Shown here in pieces: positions 51,019 through 59,647 of a stretch of 64,000 nucleotides of DNA. Origin of the DNA: a virus; IMG/VR virus record IMGVR_UViG_3300026473_000011, positions 1-64,000 of that record; one strand, 5' to 3'. How positions within the stretch are numbered: the stretch's first letter is position 1; each line of letters opens with the position of its first letter. The position numbers and the translations under genes were made by a program. The notes under the pieces were generated by a model that searched no databases, was not told where the DNA came from, and was given only the letters and a program-made list of their open reading frames with translations.

Positions 51019-52035
51019 TCAGCAGTCCGTGCTGCAGTTGCAATTGCAGTTGCAGTTGCAATTGGTGCGGCAATTGAAGGCTGTGTTGCCGCAATTGCAG
51101 TTGGTGTAGCTTCCACAGTTGCAGTTGCAATTGCAGGCTCGATACCAACGGTGGTACTCGCCGCCACCGATCTCGTCTTGAGCCAGGTAATAACCGTCGT
51201 AGTTCCACGCAATGGATGGGACGGCGTTGTAGGCGTAGGTCGTCCCTCCGACACCGTCGTACTGACCTGAATTCGCACAGTAGTTGAATCCCAGACCCCA
51301 GGTCCACCAGCTGGTATTGGAGGGCTTGAAATAAGCATTGCCTGCGCAATTTCCCGTGGGCAGGATGCCGTTGCAATTGCCTGTCAGGTCGTCGTAGTAC
51401 TGGTTGCTACGTCCCATCTCGCCAATGTCCTGGCCATCGTTCAGTCGATATCCAGTGTTACGTGCGTTGTCTGCAGCACCGGACTGCGATGAATAGATCA
51501 CAGCACCATTGGCCATGTACAGCGAGCCGGTCATCGTGTCGCCCGCCTTGGCCAGACGACTCGTGAGGTCAATGGGTACGGTGGCATTGCCAGTGGCATC
51601 CGGTGCGTTGCCATTGACTGAGCGCACGAAGGCCGTGGAGTCATAGCCATCGAGCTTGTCGGCGTCTGCCGCCTTGGCGGTGATTCCTAGGTATGCGGCA
51701 TTGTGGTTGTGGCCCAACGAGGCATAAGCCGCATCATGGTTGTGCCCGGCCAATGCAAAGCCGGTCGAGTCGATGCCATCGAGCAAATCTGCATTGGCCA
51801 CCTTGCCCACCGTGGCCGACAGGTCGATGACCATCTTCCAGGAGGCCGGGCTCACCACCGTGAGGATGTAGAGCTTTTGCTCATCGGTCCTGAAGCATGG
51901 CATGCCCAGCTGCAAGTTCACAGTCGGGAATGCCGTTCCACTGCAGAGTGACAAGGCAGTCTTGTCGTTATTCAGGATCTGCGAGAGCGAATCCGAGAGC
52001 GTCGTCGAGGATGGGATTTCGGTGTAGTTCTGCAT
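51019..52035 (-). CDS. Tail-fibre-like protein with a C-terminal (Asn-Cys)n tail
   Basis: Fibre motifs ADLLDGIDS/ADKLDGYDS, GHNH x2, VRSVNG, KAGDTMTG; ends CNCNCNCGSYTNCNCGNTAFNCRTNCNCNCNCNCSTDC. Confidence 0.85.
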   Translation of the reverse strand: MQNYTEIPSSTTLSDSLSQILNNDKTALSLCSGTAFPTVNLQLGMPCFRTDEQKLYILTVVSPASWKMVIDLSATVGKVANADLLDGIDSTGFALAGHNHDAAYASLGHNHNAAYLGITAKAADADKLDGYDSTAFVRSVNGNAPDATGNATVPIDLTSRLAKAGDTMTGSLYMANGAVIYSSQSGAADNARNTGYRLNDGQDIGEMGRSNQYYDDLTGNCNGILPTGNCAGNAYFKPSNTSWWTWGLGFNYCANSGQYDGVGGTTYAYNAVPSIAWNYDGYYLAQDEIGGGEYHRWYRACNCNCNCGSYTNCNCGNTAFNCRTNCNCNCNCNCSTDC

Positions 52036-52046
52036 TTGGTTTCTCT

Positions 52047-53237
52047 TCAGTAACCCTGTGCGACCCAGGAGATGGCACCCGTCACGCGGGTGCCGGAGGT
52101 GTTTTCAAGAACAGCGGTGAAGCCAGTGATGGAGACCGTCCCCAGGATTCGTGGAACGGCGATGGTGGTGCCACCCTTGAAGGTCAGCGTGACTTCGGGT
52201 GCCACCCGGAACTGCCGGGCAAAGAGCACCACCACGCCACTGGCGGCCGTGACCACCTGCGCCGTACCCCGGTCAAAGACATCGGGCACGTCCACCGTTA
52301 CGCGCAGGCCATCGATGTAGCCCCGGTCTGCATTACTGGAGGTCAGGATTGCCCTGAACAGGGCGCGCTGGTAGGTGTAGTCGCCCTGGATGAAATCCCG
52401 GAAGTTGGTGTACCCGGGCGGATGGCCGGACTCCAGGATGTCCATGAAGTCCTGCTCCGTGATTTCCGTATTGGCCACGATCATGTCGCTGATGACGCCA
52501 TTGGCCCGGCGCCGGTATTGCTCGGCAAGGTTCAGCGCTTCACTGAGCTTCAGAGTCTGGGCCCGCCGCAGTGCCTCGGCGATGGCAAAGCCTTCGCTGA
52601 TGGCCAGGCGGTAGGCAACCGTGCGCCCCAGCGCCTCGGCAAAAGCGAACGACTCCGAGACCCGTTTGACCTGCGAGCGGGCCAACGCATCACTCATGGC
52701 AAAGCTCTCGCCCTGCGGCTTGGTCAAGGCCTTGGCTGGCTTTTCTGCAAAGTTCAGGTTTTCTGCAACCCGCAGGATGTAGGCAATGAGGTCCGTGTAG
52801 GTCTCGGCCAGCGCCAGCGATTCAAACTTGCGGAGCACCAGTTGCCTCGCCAGCTCTTCGGCCACCTGAAACACCTCGAACACAGCCTTGGTGCCAGAGC
52901 GGGCGTACTTCTCGGCGAAGGTCAGCGACTCCACAAAGCGCAGCACGAAGGCGATCAGGTCGGTGTAGGTCTCCACAAAATTCAGCGTCTCGAACTTGCT
53001 GAGGGTCACCGCACGGCTGGCTTTTTCCGAGAAACTCAGGCCCTCGGAGCTGCTCTTGATGCCCAACTTCTGGACCAACTCGACAAAACTCAGGTCCGTG
53101 GCCACGCTCAGGGCGTAGACCGCTGGATAGGCACTTGACCAGTTCTTGCCTGCCGTGGCGCTGCTCCAGGCGAACTTTCCCGAGGTCCAGTTGTAGTTCG
53201 CCCCCGGGGCGCTGGAGACGTTGACAGTCTCGGCCAT
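52047..53237 (-). CDS. Tail-associated protein with internal repeats
   Basis: Repeated E-x-L-x-(F/L)-x-E units; ETYTDLIA occurs twice. Confidence 0.75.
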   Translation of the reverse strand: MAETVNVSSAPGANYNWTSGKFAWSSATAGKNWSSAYPAVYALSVATDLSFVELVQKLGIKSSSEGLSFSEKASRAVTLSKFETLNFVETYTDLIAFVLRFVESLTFAEKYARSGTKAVFEVFQVAEELARQLVLRKFESLALAETYTDLIAYILRVAENLNFAEKPAKALTKPQGESFAMSDALARSQVKRVSESFAFAEALGRTVAYRLAISEGFAIAEALRRAQTLKLSEALNLAEQYRRRANGVISDMIVANTEITEQDFMDILESGHPPGYTNFRDFIQGDYTYQRALFRAILTSSNADRGYIDGLRVTVDVPDVFDRGTAQVVTAASGVVVLFARQFRVAPEVTLTFKGGTTIAVPRILGTVSITGFTAVLENTSGTRVTGAISWVAQGY

Positions 53238-53250
53238 CTCACGCGCCCGA

Positions 53251-53697
53251 TCAGCTCATGGTGAAGGTGAAGACGGCCGTGAGGCTGTCATCAACCCCCT
53301 TGTTGACCACCGGAAAAACCACCCTGTCGAACATGATGCCCGCTGCAGCCGCATTGAAGACCCCCGCCTCCGTGAGAGCCCCGGTGGCGTCGCCTGCCGC
53401 ATAGCTGGCCGTGAAGGTGAACACCTTGGTGCCAGCGGTGTGGGCGTAAGTGGCCACGTTGCGCTTGATCTCGGTCACCAGCGCCGTCTGCGTGGCGGCA
53501 GCAGCGGTGGTGCCAGTGCCCACCGCGATCCAGCCCATGACGCCCGGGCGGCTGCCCGCGTTGCCAATGGCGTCGGCCACAAAGTCGAAGCCGCCATTGA
53601 CAATGATGTTGTCCTTGTGGACCACTTCGACCTCGCCCGTGGGCTTGGCCAGCACCAGCGTAATCGAGCCTTTGATGCTCATGCCCTCTTCCATCAT
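53251..53697 (-). CDS. Phage tail/baseplate-type structural protein
   Basis: NIIVNGG...IAVGTG...LTEAGVFNA. Confidence 0.8.
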   Translation of the reverse strand: MMEEGMSIKGSITLVLAKPTGEVEVVHKDNIIVNGGFDFVADAIGNAGSRPGVMGWIAVGTGTTAAAATQTALVTEIKRNVATYAHTAGTKVFTFTASYAAGDATGALTEAGVFNAAAAGIMFDRVVFPVVNKGVDDSLTAVFTFTMS

Positions 53698-53781
53698 GGG
53701 TCATTCCCTTTCTTTGGGGTTTGCAAATGAAATGGGCGCCACACCTTGCGATGCAGCGCCCGTGTTTGGGGAATTCCCCGT

Positions 53782-56700
53782 TCAATAAAGCTTGAGTGCC
53801 GTGTATCCGGCCGTGGGTGCCAGTGCCTTGCTGGCACTTTGCACATCACCGCCCATCTTTCCGACAAAGAGCCTGCGCTCGGTGGCCGTCTGGCATACGC
53901 CCAGGCAGATCCGGTCGCTGACGTTCACGGGGTATGGCACCACGATTCGGTTAAAGAGCTGGTCCTCCAGGAAGAAGGAACCCGCCACCGCATCGAAGCC
54001 AACCAGCAGGCTCACACCCGTGCCAGTGGCAGTCCAGATGACCGAGGTGGTGATCTGGTTGGGGATGAACCAGAAACTCACATGGAAGATGCCGGGGATG
54101 CTCACGGCCCAGGAAACCCTGGTCGTGTCCTTGACCAGCACCCCGCTGCCGTAGCGCCCGTCGCCATAGCTCACCCCAACGGCTTCCCCGCCACCCGGAC
54201 TACCGTACCCCGACAGCGCCCCGTTGAGGCGCCAGCCGTACAGTTCGTCTGCCTGCAGCGCATCCTCACGCGCCATCTGAAACCGCGCCTCGATGCTCTT
54301 GAGCGCACCGTCGTAGGTCCACTGCCGCTTGGCCGCATTGCTGCTCCAGACGTAGTTGGCCGTCAACCAAGTCTCCCGGTCGTCCAGCGTGGCCCCGATG
54401 CTGGCCAGCAGCGTGTTCTGCGCCCGGTAGCTGGTGGGCAGGTTCACCTCGAAGAGGTACTCCGACTGCGTCACACCGCTGTCCATGCGCAGCACATCCT
54501 CACTGTTGACCGACTCGACCGAGGCAAAGTGCTTCACACCGGGGAACCGGGTAGCCTGCGCATCGATGGTCACCAGCAGGTTGGCGTTTTGCGGCTGGGC
54601 CACCACGGTGGAGACAAAGGTAGCCTCATCCGAGTAGATGCCGGGCGATGCGATCGCCTTGATCCAGAAACTGCGCTCACCGTCAAAGCCCGAGGGCAGC
54701 GTGAAGCTGCTGGACTTGACCTCGGCAATGAAGATCGAGGTGTCCCAGGCTGTGCCTTCGCGCAGCTCATAGGCCACCACCTCCGGCTCGGCATTAGGCA
54801 GCCACCGAAACTCCAGCCGGTTGGCCGACTGCACCACGTCGAACTGTCGCACCGACGCAGGAGCCAGCAGAGTCAACAGAAAGGTGGTGACGTGCTGGCT
54901 GTACTTTCCAGAGGTGTCGAAGGCCCGGATGAAGTAGTTGTACTGGCCCGATTCGCTCTGGTCATGCACGAGTTGGGTGCCAGCGGTCTGCCCAACCAGA
55001 GTACCCGCATCCCAGCCCGTGCCAACGCGAACCTCGTACCCGGCCAGATCGGCATCGGTGTTGGCGCTCCAGCTCAGCAGCAGATCGCTCGTGCGGCGCA
55101 GGACCACAAAGTCCTGCACATCATCGGGCGGCTGCAGCTTGCCCAGGATGGTCTGGCTCAGGGTGGCCGAGGCTCCAAGCTTGCCGGAGACCCCCACCGC
55201 CCTCACCGTGAACACATAGTCCCCGGTGTCGGCGTTGCGGACTTCCAGATAGGTGCCAGAGACCCGAGGCAAGGTGACGGTGTTGCCGCCATTGACCCGA
55301 TAGCTCACCTGGTACTCCAGAGACCCGAATACCTGCTCCCAGCCCACCTGGATGAGCACGAGGGCCTGGTCTTTGACACGGTACAGGCTCTCGGTGACTG
55401 CCAGCCCCGTGGGGGCCAACGGCGTGGTGGAAAGCACCGTGATGTCCCGTGGCTGCAGGGCCAGACCCTGCTCGATCGCGCCGTACTTTTCCGGGTTGTG
55501 AGCCAGTGCCGTCACTTCGTGGATGCCCGGCTCGCTTTCGGCGACCTGCACCACCCTGAACAGTTGGACGTCGACCTGCGTGGAGGCCAGCACCCAGATG
55601 GCCCCCACCTGTGGGGCCGTGGAAAAAACACTGGTCACGCCGACCGTGCGGCCAGACAGGGAGCCGACTTGGCGCTCCTCCACTGACCCCGTGGGCAACA
55701 CCACCGAGATGCGCCAGGAACCTGTCGGCAAATCCTGGTCCAGCGTGACGCTGGTGGTGGCGGCTGCCGCGATACGACCACCCAGCCTCAAGCCACCACG
55801 GCTGACATCTGCCACCTTGATCACATCACCCGGGCGCACCACTGCACCTTCGAGCCCGGTGCGGAAGGTGATGATTTCCGATTCGGACTGCTCCGAATAC
55901 AGCAGCCACTTGCCCACCCGGTTGGCCTGGCCCCGGGAGGTGCAACCCATGGCCACAACATCGGCCTGCACAACGCCGTAGCGGGCAATACCCGCCATGT
56001 CCTCGACGTATTCCACCTTCTGGCGGTAGAAGTCATCCGGGTCGGTCCAGCTGACCAGGGCTACGGTGTGCCGTGCTTTGGCTGAGGACCCCTGGTAGGC
56101 GAATTCGCCATCGATCACATTGGCGGCCGTGAACTGGTAGACCGGATCCTGCGGCGCATCCTGGGTGACGGTGATGGCACCGCCCGACCAGTAAGCCATG
56201 CCCCGGAAGATCGAGGCCATGTCCTGCACCACTTTGTAGGCCTGCTCGCGGCTTTGCAGGTACAGGTTGCAGGTGAAGCGCGGCTCATAGCCGCCCAGGC
56301 CATTGGGAACCAGCTCGTCACAGTAACGAGCCACCCGGTACAGCGCCCACTTGTCCACCTGCGACTCGGGAATGAAGCTGCCCAGTCCGTAGCGGGTACT
56401 GGTCACCAGGTCATAGAAACACCAGGCCGGGTTGTCCGTCCAGGCCACCTTGAAGGTGCCGTCCCAAACCCCGGCATACGACCGGGTCTCGGGGAAGTAG
56501 TTCGAGGGGATCCGAACGCGCAGGAGCTTCAAGTCATAGCTGCGCCTTGGGATCGAGGTGAATTGGGATGCATCCACCCGCAGGGCCATCAGGGCGCTGT
56601 TTGGGTAGCGCAGCTTGCTCTCGATGACCTCGGTGTAGGACTCCAGAAACGTCTTGTTCTGCAGGCTGGTCTGGGTCGAGTCGGCCGTGATGCGGCGCAG

Positions 56701-57291
56701 ACGCACATCCCAGGGGCCCGTGCCAGTCAACGGGATGTAGTAACTGCGCTGGTAGCGGGAAGTGGTTTTTCCCGAGACCGTGTCCGAGAGAACCTGCACA
56801 AAGCCTGCGCCGTGCGCCTGCACATCGATGGCGTAGCTGACCGAGGTGCCGTTCAAGTCTCCGTTTGTCGTGTCCTGCAGCGTCAGGGTCGGGATGCTGA
56901 CCTTGATGCGCACGGCATCCACATCCGGGTCGTTGATGGTTCGCACCACCGGCTGGTTGGCCTTGCATTCGACCCCCACGGCCACCTCGTTTTCGACTGA
57001 AGAAAAGCCAGGGATGTAGCCTTGCTGCTGGGTGCCGGGACGGGTTTCGAGCGTGACGCCCGTGAAGTTGTAGCTGCCATCGGGATTCTGGATCGGGGTG
57101 TCGTCCAGGTAGACCGACTGCAAGTCAGCGGCCAAGCCTTCGATCTCCCCCTCGCAGACGAGGTCCACCACCCGGGCATAGGCCTTGGAGCGCAGGCTGT
57201 CGGGCGCTTCCTGCGCCACACGGGCGCTGCCGCCACCACTCTTGCCACCACCTCCTGCGCCGATGATCAGAGAAGCGCCATGGGTGCTCAT
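53782..57291 (-). CDS. Host-specificity/central tail tip protein (lambda J-like)
   Basis: GAGGGGK, DLVCEGEIEG, WTDNPAW, EPRFTCN, GCTSRGQA; FN3-like repeats. Confidence 0.95.
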   Translation of the reverse strand: MSTHGASLIIGAGGGGKSGGGSARVAQEAPDSLRSKAYARVVDLVCEGEIEGLAADLQSVYLDDTPIQNPDGSYNFTGVTLETRPGTQQQGYIPGFSSVENEVAVGVECKANQPVVRTINDPDVDAVRIKVSIPTLTLQDTTNGDLNGTSVSYAIDVQAHGAGFVQVLSDTVSGKTTSRYQRSYYIPLTGTGPWDVRLRRITADSTQTSLQNKTFLESYTEVIESKLRYPNSALMALRVDASQFTSIPRRSYDLKLLRVRIPSNYFPETRSYAGVWDGTFKVAWTDNPAWCFYDLVTSTRYGLGSFIPESQVDKWALYRVARYCDELVPNGLGGYEPRFTCNLYLQSREQAYKVVQDMASIFRGMAYWSGGAITVTQDAPQDPVYQFTAANVIDGEFAYQGSSAKARHTVALVSWTDPDDFYRQKVEYVEDMAGIARYGVVQADVVAMGCTSRGQANRVGKWLLYSEQSESEIITFRTGLEGAVVRPGDVIKVADVSRGGLRLGGRIAAAATTSVTLDQDLPTGSWRISVVLPTGSVEERQVGSLSGRTVGVTSVFSTAPQVGAIWVLASTQVDVQLFRVVQVAESEPGIHEVTALAHNPEKYGAIEQGLALQPRDITVLSTTPLAPTGLAVTESLYRVKDQALVLIQVGWEQVFGSLEYQVSYRVNGGNTVTLPRVSGTYLEVRNADTGDYVFTVRAVGVSGKLGASATLSQTILGKLQPPDDVQDFVVLRRTSDLLLSWSANTDADLAGYEVRVGTGWDAGTLVGQTAGTQLVHDQSESGQYNYFIRAFDTSGKYSQHVTTFLLTLLAPASVRQFDVVQSANRLEFRWLPNAEPEVVAYELREGTAWDTSIFIAEVKSSSFTLPSGFDGERSFWIKAIASPGIYSDEATFVSTVVAQPQNANLLVTIDAQATRFPGVKHFASVESVNSEDVLRMDSGVTQSEYLFEVNLPTSYRAQNTLLASIGATLDDRETWLTANYVWSSNAAKRQWTYDGALKSIEARFQMAREDALQADELYGWRLNGALSGYGSPGGGEAVGVSYGDGRYGSGVLVKDTTRVSWAVSIPGIFHVSFWFIPNQITTSVIWTATGTGVSLLVGFDAVAGSFFLEDQLFNRIVVPYPVNVSDRICLGVCQTATERRLFVGKMGGDVQSASKALAPTAGYTALKLY

Positions 57292-57881
57292 ATCGGGATC
57301 TCATCCACATCAATGCCCGCGCTGATCACGGCCGAACCGACGATGAGGCGGCCGTAGCCCACCGGTACAGGGTGTCCCTGCGCCGTGGTGTTGACCGCCC
57401 CGTTGAAGACATAACTGGGCTGGTTGCCTGGGCGCTCGGACGGGTCCTGCGCCTTGGCCGTTGGAGCAATCATCTGGGCCACACCACCCAAAATCATGGA
57501 AGTGCCCACCGAATACAGCGTGGCCTGAGACAGAAATGAACCTGCTGCGGCCCAGCCCATCGGGTTCCACCATGACACGGCGATCAGCGCAGCACCCAAA
57601 AGAATCTGGCCCAGACCGTTGCCTCCTGCCCCGGATACGACCGGGGCGATGGTGATGCGTTGCTGGCCACTGGGCTCGTGCAACCGGTCCAGGCTCAAAG
57701 CATCACGCCCGGCCAGTACCCGGTAGCCCACCCCGCGCTCACCCGAGGCCACCAGCTCCCGCTCGAAGCCGGAAAAGTTGGCACAGAGGGCTCGCACGGC
57801 CTCGGCGGCTGAAGCCACCGCCATCTTGTGGCGTCGCCCGAAGCGCTTGCCCAGTTCACCGAGAAGAAGGATCGTGACCAT
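57288..57881 (-). CDS. Tail assembly protein (lambda I-like)
   Basis: EAVRAL...NTTAQGHPVPVGYG. Confidence 0.92.
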   Translation of the reverse strand: MVTILLLGELGKRFGRRHKMAVASAAEAVRALCANFSGFERELVASGERGVGYRVLAGRDALSLDRLHEPSGQQRITIAPVVSGAGGNGLGQILLGAALIAVSWWNPMGWAAAGSFLSQATLYSVGTSMILGGVAQMIAPTAKAQDPSERPGNQPSYVFNGAVNTTAQGHPVPVGYGRLIVGSAVISAGIDVDEIPI

Positions 57882-58587
57882 GCAAGAACTCGTGTCTCAG
57901 TGTGTGGGTGGTGATCTTTTGCCAATAGCCGCCATAGACATCGCGACTGGAGAGTCTTCCCTGCAGGTGGTGCAGGATCAGACCATCGCCCAGGTAAATG
58001 GCCGCGTGATTCGGTACAGGCGAAGCCACCTGCATGAGCAGCACGTCCCCGACGTCCATGTCGTCTGAACTCACAGCAGAGAACCCTGCTGTTTCAAAGT
58101 TGTCCAAATAGAGATTCCCGCCGCGCTTCCACCACTCGTCAAACCGGGTGAAGTCCGGCAGATCAATGCCCCGCTCCTGGTCATACCAGTCCCGGATCAG
58201 GGAGTAGCAGTCGAGCACGCCATGGGCCCACTCGCGCCCAACCAAGGGAGCAACGTAGCCCTGAGGCTGCAACTCGATCCACTGACTGGCCGGGAAACTC
58301 ACGATGAACCAGGGCAGTGCCGTGGCCTCGCATGCCACACGGTCAGCCTGACTGGGTTCGGCAGGCAAATTCGGGTGGGAGTGAAACACCCCCACGATCT
58401 CGCCAAGCTGGTCAGCGCGCACATAGTCCTCGGGGTGGATCACGAACTGATCCGTCCCCACGCCGATGTTGCGGCACGGGACATAGGTCTCACGGCCCTT
58501 GCGGATGACCAGCAGGCCACAGGCCTCGCGGGGAAACTCCCGCGCAGCGTGGGCCAGCGCCAGCGTCTGGTTAACTTCAAGCATCAT
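57856..58587 (-). CDS. Tail assembly protein (lambda K-like, JAB + NlpC/P60)
   Basis: EACG, HSHP...PSQAD, DCY, NHAAIY. Confidence 0.93.
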   Translation of the reverse strand: MMLEVNQTLALAHAAREFPREACGLLVIRKGRETYVPCRNIGVGTDQFVIHPEDYVRADQLGEIVGVFHSHPNLPAEPSQADRVACEATALPWFIVSFPASQWIELQPQGYVAPLVGREWAHGVLDCYSLIRDWYDQERGIDLPDFTRFDEWWKRGGNLYLDNFETAGFSAVSSDDMDVGDVLLMQVASPVPNHAAIYLGDGLILHHLQGRLSSRDVYGGYWQKITTHTLRHEFLHGHDPSSR

Positions 58588-59288
58588 CGGATCAACCCCG
58601 CTGCAGGAAACCCGCCGAAGGGCAGCTCGGCATTTGCCCCAAAGCGTTTCTGGCAGGAGATCAGGCGTTTGCCACAGGCGTCCTGCGCACGCGAGCTCAC
58701 GGTCTCGTCATTGGCATTGAAGTACGCGGTGCCGCTGTAGCCGCACTCCGATCCACGGTACTGCCAAGGGCAGACGTTCTGCACGATCTGACGCCGGGGC
58801 AGCGACACCCCTTCCAGATCAAAGGCAGCGGCCAATTCGAACTCGACCACATCGCGGGTTTCTCGCGACTTTCGGTCAATGAAATACACATCGTCGGCAA
58901 ACTCGGCTGAAGGGTCGGCCGTGGGGTTGGCGCCTGAGGCAAAGTTCACCGCATCCAGGTACTTCAAGAGCGTGCGCTTGCGGGTGACCTTGGCCCCCAC
59001 CAGGTCCTGGTAGGACAGGATGAGCGCGGTGATACTGCCCGTGACGTTGGCCACCTTGAGCTTGGGGCGCGGCACCTGGCCGTTGCCGTTGAACTCGAAG
59101 CCTTCGGCCTGGATGGGGAACGGCTCATAGGTGTTGCCCTGCCAGACCACCTGGCGGCGCAGCTCGTTGGTTCCTGCATGAAACCGCACCACCCCCTCGT
59201 TGAAGAGAGCGAGGTCCAGTACAAAGAGCTCGATGACCGCACTCGGAGCCAGCTTCTGAATTTCTGAGGTGATCGATTGGCTGGTCAT
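58584..59288 (-). CDS. Minor tail protein (lambda L-like)
   Basis: CPWQYRGSECGY...DACGK...C..RF...PFGGFP. Confidence 0.94.
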   Translation of the reverse strand: MTSQSITSEIQKLAPSAVIELFVLDLALFNEGVVRFHAGTNELRRQVVWQGNTYEPFPIQAEGFEFNGNGQVPRPKLKVANVTGSITALILSYQDLVGAKVTRKRTLLKYLDAVNFASGANPTADPSAEFADDVYFIDRKSRETRDVVEFELAAAFDLEGVSLPRRQIVQNVCPWQYRGSECGYSGTAYFNANDETVSSRAQDACGKRLISCQKRFGANAELPFGGFPAAGLIR

Positions 59289-59623
59289 GACAGATCAAAC
59301 ACCTGCCGGAAAGTGGCGTGGATGTTTTCCAGATTGGGTTCTTCGATGCTGCGGCTCCATTCCTCGCAGAGGAACTTGCCCGCAATGCCGCTTGGGGTGG
59401 TCCAGTCAAAGGACTGCACCGCGCCCCGTGCGCGCAGAAAGTTGTCGATCGCAGCCGCGTCTGCCGTGGACTTGCCCCGAAACTCGAGCGACCAGACCTC
59501 GGGCTGGGTGTTGATACCGTAGGCCAGGCGCTGCTCGTACCCGTCCCCAAAGGAAACCTTGCGGACATTGGGTTTGACGGTGAGGGATGCCCCGATCGAG
59601 GCGATCCATGTGAATGTCGCCAT
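59285..59623 (-). CDS. Minor tail protein (lambda M-like)
   Basis: FGDGYEQR...GIN...FDWT. Confidence 0.92.
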   Translation of the reverse strand: MATFTWIASIGASLTVKPNVRKVSFGDGYEQRLAYGINTQPEVWSLEFRGKSTADAAAIDNFLRARGAVQSFDWTTPSGIAGKFLCEEWSRSIEEPNLENIHATFRQVFDLS

Positions 59624-59647
59624 ACTGGCCTCTCAGTTCTTTTCCAA

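Noticed and set aside
51008-51376. N-terminal extension of ORF 50204..51376 with poly-(QL)
   Set aside because: It is the alternative-frame shadow of the NC repeat; the RBS supports a start at 51007.
51019-51400. Diversity-generating retroelement targeting the AAY-rich fibre C-terminus
   Set aside because: No reverse transcriptase and no second template copy of this region seen in the window.
53732-53763. Hairpin after J as a terminator
   Set aside because: The stem is imperfect and the U-tract short and interrupted; not enough to call.
53746-55686. 646-aa plus-strand ORF, and similar ones at 3714-5102, 51897-53138 and 62229-63548
   Set aside because: Antisense shadows of well-supported GC-rich genes, with no motifs of their own.
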